NCBI RefSeq assembly: GCF_036588685.1
Contig: NC_086373.1
Span: 103,912,001 to 103,976,000, forward strand
Source of the DNA: Mytilus trossulus
Taxonomy: Eukaryota
DNA length: 64,000 bases
Reading direction: 5' to 3'
Numbering within the stretch: position 1 is the first letter of the stretch; the number at the start of each line of letters is the position of its first letter. The notes beneath the pieces were generated by a model. That model made no database searches, was not told the DNA's origin, and saw nothing but the letters and a program-made list of their open reading frames with translations. The position numbers and the translations under genes were made by a program. Of this stretch, positions 1-11,069 are shown one piece after another.

Positions 1-173
1 CATATATTGACAGAAATCCAACACACAGAAATAAATATGGCACAATATTAAATATCAAGCCTTGACTTGTTGGATTGAGAAGGCTCAATATGATGCCTGA
101 AGAGTGTAACGCTCTCTATGCTTAATAACCCTAGCAACAGTCCTGGTAACCTGGCATTAGGTAAACATTTTGT

Positions 174-950
174 CTATTTCATCAGACTATCAAGCATATC
201 CTCCTTTTCAAGTAGCAGTTTAAATTTCCCACCTTTCATCCCTGTTGTCAGACCCACTTTTTCAGAATCGAGATACAGTAGTCGATTTAATGTCATTTTT
301 TTATCCTGAATATGCAAGAAATGTGATATTATTTCTAATTATTAACACCAAATTCATGTCATTGTCTTTTTATCATGCTGATGCTATCTTACTTCGTAGC
401 AGTTTATGCAAATTCCAAAAATTTGTTCATTGAATTGAGTTTTAATTTACATACAATTGTTCTACTTGCTGATTTGTTATCGAAAGTAAATAGTTGTCTC
501 CCCTCCTTCACAGTGATGAAAATGTGTCCTGGAGTCATCCATATCTTGTGGATCTCTCCATACTTTTTTTCTATGACATCCTCATAATACTGCAAGTAAA
601 AGATGTTAACTGTATGAAATGCATAAAAAAAAATAGTAGAAAATTATGCATATTTACGGGATTTTAAAACCGAGCAGGTCCATATTAAAGGACGAAATTG
701 GAAGCATGTGCAACAAATAATGAATACTAGTAGATAGCCTTTTTTTTCAATTAAAAGAGAACTCAACAATGTTTTATTTGAATCTGGAATAAGTTACATA
801 AATTTCTCTTAATTAAATCGAAATGTATTTGTTATTGTCAGCATTCAGACATCAAAAACATCTTACATAGATGTCTTTTATGATAAGAAGTACAATTACC
901 CATTTCAATAGAAGCCAAGAAAATTTTTCCTTGTACAATGAGCATAAGTC
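174..950 (-). CDS. 3' exons of an unidentified gene (exons 950-900, 589-455, 305-174)
   Basis: Three phase-0 AG/GT-bounded exons join into one open frame ending in TAG at 176-174: DLCSLYKEKFSWLLLKW|YYEDVIEKKYGEIHKIWMTPGHIFITVKEGRQLFTFDNKSASRTI|DKKMTLNRLLYLDSEKVGLTTGMKGGKFKLLLEKEDMLDSLMK*. No family recognised. Upstream exons unresolved. Confidence 0.45.
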
Positions 951-1437
951 CTGCCAAATTGCCAAACTTATATAAAAAGAAATGACATCTTACTGCATTA
1001 ACAACTACCAACCTGCACTTATAAAAAGCAGTTAAATCCAATTGAAATAAGTCTGCCAAAGTGTGCAACTAATGAATAAAAGAATATAAAACTACTGTAT
1101 TCAGGCCATACAAACTCACCCCACATTTGATTTAAATGAATACAGATGAAAACCATAGAAATGTATCTTGGTTTTTTTTATGACTCTTATCTGTTTTTAT
1201 AAAAATAAAGCAGAAAGAAGTAAACATATCAGCATTTCTGTGATGTACACTGTTAATGAAGTAAGTTTTTCTTCTTGTAAATGTAATTTCTATTTTAACT
1301 AATAAGTCAAGAATCATTGGTGATTATAATATTAAACAATAAAAATATTCTCCAATGAATACTAAAATTAAATAATTATGAATAATGTATCTAAATTTTT
1401 ATTTTGAAAAATGAAGCATCAGTTAATTTCTATCAGT

Positions 1438-1535
1438 AATTTAAACATGGCCTGGGCCGTGATATTCGAATTTTATCCTGAGCGTTAGTGAGGGATAAAA
1501 TTAACGAATATCACCGCCCAGGCCATGTGTAAATT
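1438..1535. repeat. Long imperfect hairpin, probably the terminus of a non-autonomous element
   Basis: AAACATGGCCTGGGC..GTGATATTCG..AATTTTATCC-TGAGC GTTA GTGAG-GGATAAAATT..CGAATATCAC..GCCCAGGCCATGT. Confidence 0.85.
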
Positions 1536-3011
1536 TCCAACGATCTATGGCTTCCATGAATTATTTCGATTCTAATAGGTTTCATTTGTATAACTTCATG
1601 TTTTGAAATCAGACTTAAATGCGCCAAAAAAATAATAGACAGGAGCGGAATTTTATTTTATTTTTATTTTGTTGATTTCTCCGAACTCTTGTGCATTACT
1701 GCTTTTTATTAAGCACCGAAAAGAATAACAGTTATTTTGTCTTTTTTTAATTGCACTTTTTAAATCAATTAAATCGGCAAAGGGTCTGCAAATAGGTTCC
1801 AATACATGTAGATTTACGTGGGAAGTATATTGTAACAGCCATTATTATGTTTACCTCTGAGTCTGCGCTAAGTATAGATATATCGAGAATTTTATCACAG
1901 TGTTGTTTACAAAGCGAAAGAAGCTTGTCATACATTGTCATATAAGAATCTATTTTCAACTTTTATTAGTATCACAGGGTCCTACTAAAATGCACCCGGG
2001 AGAAGAAAAAGCGCCCGAGGAAAAGAAAAAGCGCCCGGGGAAGAGAAAAATAGCGCCCGGGGAAAAGAAAAGGCGCCCGGGGGAAATATATTTAAACATT
2101 TTATTGGCATGAGACAACTTTGTCATCTTTGTGTCGATGAAATAAGTTATGCACATTGATCTGTTTTTAATTTTAGACAAGTAATTTGCAAATTCAGATA
2201 ATAGACATTTGTAGTAAAGCACTAAAATAAGTATGAATGTTTCAATCTTAACAATACTGAATATATGAATACTATTTCGAAAGACAGTTAATAATGGATC
2301 ACAGTTTATGCGGAAGATTTATAGAATGTAACTTCAAAAGACACGTTTTTGAAAAACGATATCAAAATGAAAACAATGTAAAAAAAAAAACTTAAATTTC
2401 ACAGATAAATATTAAATATAATCAAAATTAAAAGAGTTACACATAATAAATCACTTAATAAAGCAGTACTATACATGTGATTTTTTTAAAATTCTGTGTT
2501 ATATAATTCATCATAAATTATTGGGATTTTACCCTTTTTCTTAATTGGGGCTAGTTAACAGGGCTTTAACGCTCTTTCGTGAGTGGGGTGAGTTGGTTAA
2601 ACAGAGTGGAGTGATTTTTTAGAAAGTGTACAAGTTGGAAAACAAGAGTGGTCAAGTTGGAGACAAAGTTAGGCGATTTGGTGAGGGCCAATTTGGCAGT
2701 TGGACTATTGGTCGTGCTTCCAAATAATTGTTGTAAAATTTCAAACTTTTTGCAAATAGGAAATGGCTTAATCTTGTACATGGCAGAATTAAAAAATGCT
2801 TATTTACTTAAACTACATATTATAAAACTGCAGACCACACATTCAATCATCCCCATCATAGGACAGGTTTGGAAGGTCTGCGGCAACCCTCATAAATGGG
2901 TACCAGTGTGAGATCCTCCCAACTTGTAGATGCCAAAATAACTAAGTTTACATTCTGACAGCCAGATGGACAGATCAGCAACCCAGGAAATAAATTGTTT
3001 GCATATATAGT

Positions 3012-3211
3012 GAGTCCCATTGGGGGTTCTGATCCCGGATCCCGCTTACTGTTTTGTCAGATTCCCGTATCCCGCTTACACTATGTACCTATTTAAGCAA
3101 TTCTCATTTTTTTGTCATTTCCCAGGTCCCGCAAGACATCATTTCCCGTTTTCACGACATAATAATTTGACTTTCACGTGTCACGCTTCCAAAAAATTGG
3201 AAACCCCCCTC
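3012..3211. mobile_element. 200-bp MITE, GAG...CTC ends, about 6-bp TSD
   Basis: GC-rich island flanked by TATAGT and TATAGC (one mismatch). G-run/C-run subterminal inversion. Same architecture as 5937-6135 and 46480-46687. Confidence 0.55.
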
Positions 3212-3429
3212 TATAGCTACATGGCTAACTTTTATTGGGATTTGTAATGACTTTATTAAACGGCAACTCAATTTGTGGATGTTTTCATGGGTGAATAGAA
3301 AATAAATGAATGTAATATGTATTCTTGAAAGTTAAACCTTTGACTGTGATACAGGATAACACTCTGTTGCTACTTTACAGCTAATTGTCATAGTGGGACT
3401 CTACTTTCACTTTCATGTGATACAAAGCG

Positions 3430-5492
3430 GGGTTACACTAAAGACCTGAAAGTGGACCTGAAAAGACCTGAAAAGACCTGAAAGTATACGACTAAAATTA
3501 TTCAAATTGCAACAACTTTTTTATTATTGGATGGAATTTCTTCAAGTTGGAATTTTATCAATTGTTAATAGCCATATTTCATTAAAATTTAAATTTTTTA
3601 AATTAAAAACAAAATTTTGATGCCAAAAGTTGGACCTGAAGGGAGAAATGAAAAGACCTGAAGGGACCTGAAAATCTATGTTCGGACTAATTCTAACTTC
3701 AATAACTTTTTTAATATACAGTGGATATCTTTCAACTTTTGTTTTTGTGAAACAAAAAGTTCAATATAATGATAATATAAAAAAAATACATCAAAAATTT
3801 CGTTTGGGTGTCAAAACTCGGACCTGAACGTAAATTCAAAAATCTAAATGTGCCTAAAATTCCGCTATTTTTTTTTCAAAAGAAAATAATAAACAGAAAC
3901 GAAAAATATGGTTGTTAACATTTCATGTTCGGTGTCATTTGTTCTCTTTTGGAAAACTGTCTCATTGGAATCACACTTTCTTTCGGTTACCCTTCTTTCT
4001 AATTTTTATTGACGGAAGATACTAATATGATACGCAAAACTGATACAAAAAAGACGGGAGATACCAAAGAATAATCAAAACTCACATGTCAAAACTCATA
4101 AGTCAAAGCTCATAAGTCAAAGAGACATGATATACCATAGAAATAAATAATTAAGAAAAAGATTTGGTGTCTTTAAACTATGATAACCCCATCACAATCG
4201 TTGTGTGTGTGTCCCAAGTCTGGAACCTGCACTTTGTGACAAATGTCGGACCTGCTGGATGAAAAATAAAGTCCTGAATGAACCTGTGTATATATAGTTA
4301 ATTCAACATAGCTTATAAAACATTTGCATTTTCATTCAAGAAGAGTCAAAAGCAACTTAAATTGTGATAAAAATATTTAATTTTAACGATAATCCAATTA
4401 TAAGATTAAAGTGAAATGTTTATTTAGATTAATCAAGGATTTGTATAGTTAGAACTAAGGATCTAACTATACAAATCCTTGGATTAATGATCCAATTATC
4501 ACCTAATATCAATACAAGGTGTAAATTACAACTGGCACACGTTATGTAATTAAAAATTCCAATGGACGAACACACGTCTTTAAATTATATATTTGGTTCA
4601 TGGGGTAGCAATACTATTATTTTTATTTTATAAATAAAACAGTTTAAGATATATATATTAATGCAGTATAAGCAAGTTGAATTAGTTTGAATAATTTCAC
4701 CGGGCAATCTTCTTTTTCTCTTTAGGTTTATGATTCATCATCAACAAGGTATTTTGTATTCAAATATGTTCCTGTATAAATATAAAGTCATTCTTTCTCT
4801 TCAATGGACACTTGTCTAAAATTATAACAAATAGAAAAGACAATGCTGTGCGAGTTTAAATACATCTACCCCTATGATCCTGTTATTCATGTCTTTTATT
4901 TCCCCGACAAGGTCCGAATTTTGTAGCTCAACCATTATATTTTCGATAAAATTCTTTATCATTTTAATGATAAATTATACCTTTCCTATAACAAAATTCA
5001 TTCTTCAAGGAGATTGATTGAAAACAGTTAAAGATTTTGAATAAATTTGACCACAGTCTTTTCAAGCAAATTTATGTTATTTAATTTTCCGTTCAAGTCC
5101 GAGTTTTCACACCCCAACGATATTTTTCATATCTTTTTTTTTAATTTTATCATTATACTGAATTTTTAGTTTCACAAAATCTAAAGTTGAAAGATAACCA
5201 TTCAATATTAAAAAAGTTATTGAAGTTAGAATTAGTCCGAACATAGATTTTCAGGTCCCTTCAGGTCTTTTCATTTCTCCCTTCAGGTCCAACTTTTGGC
5301 ATCAAAATTTTGTTTTTAATTTAAAAAATTTAAATTTTAATGAAATGTGGATATTGACAATTAATAAAATTCCAACTTGAAGAAATTCCATCCAATAATA
5401 AAAAAGTTATTGCAATTTGAATAATTTTAGTTGTATATTTTCAGGTCTTTTCAGGTCTTTTCAGGTCCACTTTCAGGTCTTTAGTGTAACCT
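3430..5492. mobile_element. Non-autonomous Mutator-like (MULE/foldback) element
   Basis: About 410-bp TIRs (GGTTACACTAAAGACCTGAAAG...CTTTCAGGTCTTTAGTGTAACC) with repeated GACCTGAA motifs. Perfect 9-bp TSD TACAAAGCG at 3421-3429 and 5493-5501. No transposase ORF. Confidence 0.85.
4434..4481. mobile_element. 48-bp palindromic mini-MITE (CAAGG...CCTTG), 7-bp TSD, P-element-like
   Basis: GATTAAT|CAAGGATTTGTATAGTTAG...CTAACTATACAAATCCTTG|GATTAAT. Sister copy at 46699-46750. Confidence 0.75.
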
Positions 5493-5501
5493 TACAAAGC
5501 G

Positions 5502-5620
5502 CTCTCTAATTTGAAGGTTAAAAATAGAGATTCACGTTGTGCTTCCGGTTGCATGTAATAGAAAAGTGAAAAGTTGATGAAAGAAATGAGAAGTGTTCAT
5601 TAGAACCCTAGTTATCAGTA
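5502..5620 (+). promoter_or_regulatory. Candidate CDKAL1 promoter / non-coding first exon region
   Basis: Ets-type CTTCCGG at about 5543, TTTGAA at about 5510 and GAAAAGTGAAAAGT at 5561. The CDKAL1 ATG lies 2 nt after a splice acceptor, so an upstream non-coding exon is expected. The location is inferred. Confidence 0.3.
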
Positions 5621-5936
5621 GGTTTAGATTAAAAGTATATATTTGTGTGTGAAACAGCTGATGAATCTTTTACCGTAGTATGTTTAATTAAGGTAGACAG
5701 GCTTACGCAAAAGTGCAAAATTTATGTTCGGGTCCCACAGGCACCGTGTCGGGTCCGTTCGTACCATATCTATCTTGCCCAAAATAACACCTTCGCCCTG
5801 ATTCCGTTCCTAAATGTGAGGCAGGTGTTGTTAAAAGTCTTTTAAAAGCTCTTGTTAATCAGTCTTTTAAACAGCCCTTGTTAATCAGTCTTACTCTTGT
5901 TTTGTAGTTGTGAATATGATTACAAATCAGAGTAAT

Positions 5937-6135
5937 GAGGGGGTATAGGACCTTTATTGGGACTCCGGGATCGGGTGTTTAAGCTCGGGATTTGGGGATT
6001 GCCCCTTTTGGGACCTGGGAATCCTTTCTTTCGGATTTCAGGTCGTCCGGAATTACATTATTTAAATTTGGGACCTCGGGATTTCGTTTTTATAAGTCCT
6101 GGATTTCTGTATCAGGACCCATCCTATCCGCACTC
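5937..6135. mobile_element. 199-bp MITE, GAG...CTC ends, 6-bp TSD AGTAAT
   Basis: AGTAAT|GAGGGGGTATAGG...CCTATCCGCACTC|AGTAAT. The empty site (single AGTAAT at 6380-6385) is preserved in an adjacent duplicate. Confidence 0.85.
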
Positions 6136-6445
6136 AGTAATCAAATCATTGTTTATACTTTGTGCTATGCCAAATTATGACATATTTACTGTCAGATCAA
6201 ATATTTTCATAAGTCAAATGAATTCGTACTCTGTATGCTTTTTCATTGGAAAATATTGCCCCCAATCACTTTTGCCCTGATTCCATTCCTAATGTGAGGC
6301 AGCTAGTGTTAAAAGTCTTTTACATAGCTCTTGTTAATCAGTCTAACTCTTGTTTTGTAGTTTTGAATATGATTATGTGAGTAATCAAATCATTGTTTAT
6401 ACTTTGTGCCATGCCAATGACATAATCGTCAGATCATATATTCAA

Positions 6446-6837
6446 TAGACCACTTTCGAGCTCATCCGTCACCGGAAAAAACTCGTCAATTATACGCGCC
6501 TTTATCACCGTCATTTTTGCGTTTAGGGGCGTCGTCACTTCCTTCCAATGTTGAGCGAGTGGTTGGAAAACTATAATTCTATATTGTACGAATTATTCGG
6601 CAAATTGAATTCTCAAAATTGACAATCAACACTGCTGTCATTAGGGAATTGTCAGTAAGTACCTACAGAGCAACCATTATTTCTAGTTTATCCTGCACAA
6701 AGACGATCACTAAGACGCTTGATGAACGTAAATAGTGCAGGGATACAGGCGAGCCCCTCTATCTGGTAAGTGACGTCATAAAGGCGTGCATAATTGACGA
6801 GTTTTTGCCGGTGACGGATGAACTCGAAAGTGGTCTA
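6446..6837. mobile_element. MITE with about 60-bp TIRs (TAGACCACTTTCGAG...CTCGAAAGTGGTCTA)
   Basis: Clear inverted ends flanked by TTCAA on both sides, abutting the LINE tail. A degenerate related left end lies at about 23718-23910. Confidence 0.8.
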
Positions 6838-8143
6838 TTCAATTCAATTCAAAGCTTTATTTATAGTCGGCATGTCATATAACAAATAAACATAAGCTCT
6901 CTGAGCTTTTATAACTGACAAACGCATACATTTACATAACAATCATACACAATACAAATATTAAAACATAAAAGACATAGAACATACATTTCATGCACAT
7001 TTAGGCTGCACTATTAAATACTATATTATAAACATGCATAAGCACTAAAAGCAAACATAAAAACTAAAGTATAGCATTCACAAATTATAAAAAGCTTAGC
7101 AAACATTCACAAGAAGCAGCACTATTATATTTCAAGCTATAACACAAAATAAATAAAACTATGCACATGCGTTGCAATGGCATGAGTTGCCATTCCATGA
7201 GTTTATTAGACTCTTGAATTGGGTAAAAGATGTTTCAGTTCTAAAGTGGTTTGGCAACTCATTTCATAGTTTGGCAGCAGAATATCTGAAAGATTTCAAA
7301 CCATACCTTGTTGTTCTTACGTCTGGTATTTCAGCTAAATTTTGGTATCTGAAAGAATATTTTGTTTTTTTAATATTTATAAGGTCATGGAGGTATACTG
7401 GATTTTCATGATTGAGTGTTCTAAAGACCTCTATTGCCATGGTTCTTAGGCGTCTTACTTTAAGTGATGGCATTTTTGATTTTAAAAGTAAGTCTTCATA
7501 TGTGCTGTTGTGATCCTGGTAAATGAAGCGAAGTGCTCTTTCTTGTACTTTTTCAATTTTTTTAGTGTTGGCCTCGCTGCAGAAATGCCAGGACAATGAA
7601 CAGAAATTAAAGTTTGACATGATAAAGGAGTGATATATTGTTAATTTTCCAAGTTTGTTTAAGTATTTGCCAAGTCTTTTTAATACATTTACAAATGTAG
7701 TTGTCTGGATGCTTTTTGCAGATGTTTCATATATGCGTGTTGAAATTTAGTTCAAAGTCAATGGTGATGCCTAATAGTTTGACCTCTTTTTCACATTTTA
7801 TTTTGTTACCTGCTAGATCAAATGTAATGTTTTTGCCAATTGCCAAAGCTTGAAATTTTTCAGGGTTTGCCTTCATTTGATTGGAAGAAAACCATTCTAT
7901 TAGAGCCAAACTGTCTTTTTCAAGTGTGGAGATAACGGTGTCTATATCTCTATTTGCATAAGATAATGTGTTGTCATCAGCATAATTGTAGAGTGAACTG
8001 TTTGTGGTGAAGTGAAATATGTCATTAATGAAGATGTTAAACAGTATAGGACCTAGAATAGAACCTTGTGGTACTCCTTTGTATATGTTTTGCCAATTGC
8101 TCAGACTAGAGCCAATTCGAACTCATTGTTTCCTGTTAGATAA

Positions 8144-10357
8144 GGCCACACCAATTTGATTCCTTGTTCGACGGACCCGCCCGCACCTATTTTTTTCAAA
8201 ACAGATTTTTTTTATTTTTATTATATTCCCGCTTCCCGCATCCGGAAATGAAATCATGTCCATTTCCCGCACCGTTTTTTTTGTAAATATTATAAAAAGA
8301 TCGCAACATTTGTTTATAAAATCACAGTCTAGCCTATATATAATAGATTTTAAACCTATCAGTACCCCACAACACTGGAAATATCTGCGAGAATATTTGT
8401 TTCAGCATGAAACCAATTTATTTCACCTGGGAGTGCTCCGATATAGATATATAACCGGAAATACCAGTACAGAACAAAACGTTGGTTTCTTTCCCCCTAA
8501 CTTGTATTCCCTATAAAAAAAATGTTCGTTGTTAAAGTACAAAGAACGTCTGAAGGATTTGCCTTCAACTGCAATTATAATGTATGGTGACGATCATACC
8601 CGCAGGTTTGTGAACCTGTCCAGGTTTATTCAAGGACCTGTCGTTCAGCCGTTATCGTTTGTTGATGTGGTTCATTGGTATTTTCCCGTTTGGAAATATA
8701 AATTAGATCGTTGGTTTTCCTGTTCGAATTGTGTACAATACTAAGTTGTGGTCCCTTATAGGTTGCTGGTTGGTCTGGATCAAAGCTCTGTGTAAAAGGC
8801 CGTACTTTGACATATGTTTGTAATTATCAGGTTGGAAACAACCTTCCCTCAGACAAGGGCCTTGAAGGGGTCATTTTACCATGTTTACTGATGTAGAAAA
8901 GAAAACAGAAATACTAAGGATTTGTATAGTGCTACTATACAAAACCTTTGACAACTTAGAATGTTTTACTCAAAAAGAGGAGAAATACATTATATTTTAA
9001 ACAACTTTTCTAAAAGAGGGATGGGTCCACTTATTTTGAATAATATTAAACTGTTAGAGTAAATGTGTTAAAATCCAGGAATATTACAAAATTCTTGGGC
9101 ACGTTTTGACCATTTAATACCAAATATTATAGTTCTTTGGGAAAATATTAGCCCTTTTGTACTTAAAGTGTTTTTACAATAAAAAATATATTATCTATAA
9201 TACTAAAATTACGAAGTCCAATTTTTCAGCCGTCATCACATAAAAACGACGAATCAAAGAATTCAACTTTATATATCACTAATATACTATAATAGTACAA
9301 AGGTGTAGATTGAAAATTACACACCTCCACGCCCTTTTGTTTTCCACGTAATTAATATTGCCAATAATTAAGAAGTTCCGGGTCGAGTCCGCTACCGATA
9401 CCAATAGTATATTCACGTGTTATCTATTACCTTATCTGTACGTTCCGCATCTGACAGGCGCACCCGTGACCAAACGGTGTTTTCAGGATTAATATGCTAT
9501 GTACACGGGTCATAATCACAGGGTTGACACTATTAAATTGTCAAATTGCTGCTTATTGTAGTATTTTAATCAGTAAAACTTTCTAAGATAACAATACGAA
9601 CACTAAAAATCTGGACTAAAGATAAGGCGTATAGGTACAGTTTTCAATTTGTTAGTGGGCATAACGTAAACCAGCGAATCAAAGAATTCAACTTTATTTA
9701 TTACTAATACATGTATAGGACAATGCTGTTGATTAAAAAAATACTCCATTCCAGGACCTTTTGTTTTCCAAATAATTAATATTACCAATAATTGATAAGT
9801 TCCAATTCGACGGGTTCAAACAGAAAGATTTGAAAGCAGAAAAAAACGACGTATCTTATAATCGGCACGACTTTATCAGAATGATGACTACTAAGATAAG
9901 GCTTGCACATAGTTATATACTTTAATTCATTCACGGACCCATGATATCACGGGTATGTTCTAGTAACTTATATAATGACCCCTTATAAAAGGGATATTCA
10001 TAACATTAAGGGGTTGTTCTGAACCTGATTATGACTTGGATGGAGAAAAGTCTCATTGTCAGTCACACATACATAGACCAGATTTAATTATTCAATTATT
10101 TCTTGTTGAACAGGGAAAAAATATTTCATAAATTAAAGAAATGTCAAGGTACATATGATAAATCATGTTTAAATATAGTCAAAACCTACTATTTTATGTT
10201 TACAAAAAAAAATCATAATCGCTCGCCTTTACTTTTTAAGCTTCGCCTCAAAAATTTGCAAATTAAATATTTTTTTATTAAAATTTTCAAATCGCTCGCT
10301 CGCCCCAATTTTTGAAGTCCAAAAATCCGTAGAACAAGAAATTAAATTGGTGTGGCC
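8144..10357. mobile_element. PIF/Harbinger-like non-autonomous element inside the LINE RT
   Basis: TAA|GGCCACACCAATTTGATTCCTTGTTC...GAACAAGAAATTAAATTGGTGTGGCC|TAA. Removing it restores the RT frame (KNYLSNRKQ). Confidence 0.85.
9194..9963 (+). mobile_element. Non-autonomous Helitron
   Basis: A|TC...CTAG|T junctions. Subterminal hairpin ACCCATGATATCACGGGT at 9937-9954. Internal repeat GAATCAAAGAATTCAACTTTAT occurs twice. Confidence 0.85.
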
Positions 10358-10416
10358 TAAGTAATTTTTAATGAGTTTTAATGAGGAAGTTGAAAGACCA
10401 TATGCTTCAAGCTTAA

Positions 10417-11069
10417 GGGTGCAATCAACAGTTTTTTTCTATGACGTCATATTTTGAGGGACCATCTATAATTGACCCTTAGTGGTGTTTATGTTAATGA
10501 AGATACTTGTATAAAACTAGATATCATTGGAATCAGAATTTTCTCTAGTTTATAATGAAATAAAAATAAATTGTACTTTTAATAGTACCAAAAAGTTTTA
10601 TCCAGAGAAAATGGGAAAAACATTGCCTAATCTATGCATAAAAAACATGAAATCAGGCCATGTGCACACCCATGCAGACATGATACATGCAAATTTTTCA
10701 TATTCAAAACTGTATGAATTTCATAGGTTTTTACCTGGTCTCTCTAAAAATTTATGATTCAGGCTACGTTCGCCTGCTCCGAAAAGAGCTACAGTGGGTG
10801 CAAATAAGTTTTGCACTTTTCACTGCCAAAAAAACAGGATGTTTACAGTTTGTCTCCCCTTAAAACATGTGTATTTAATCTAATTTTTAAAAATTATTTT
10901 AATCATTCAACCTGTTCTAATTGAAGCTATTTAACTTATTTTTACAATCAAATATAAAAAACATGATACTTTTTTACCAATTATGTTGATAAAAAGGGAC
11001 TTCCCTCCAAGTCTATTTTTAGTCGGGGAATAACCCCTAGTTTTTTATACGAAACTGTTTATAGCACCC
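10417..11069. mobile_element. PIF/Harbinger-like MITE inside the LINE RT
   Basis: TAA|GGGTGCAATCAACAGTTT...AAACTGTTTATAGCACCC|TAA (16/18 TIR match). Removing it restores HDLLLLKLEAYG. Confidence 0.85.

Noticed and set aside
1900-2222. Lys/Pro-rich and Phe-rich ORFs
   Set aside because: Translations of a short GCGCCCGGGG/A-run repeat, probably a decayed MITE.
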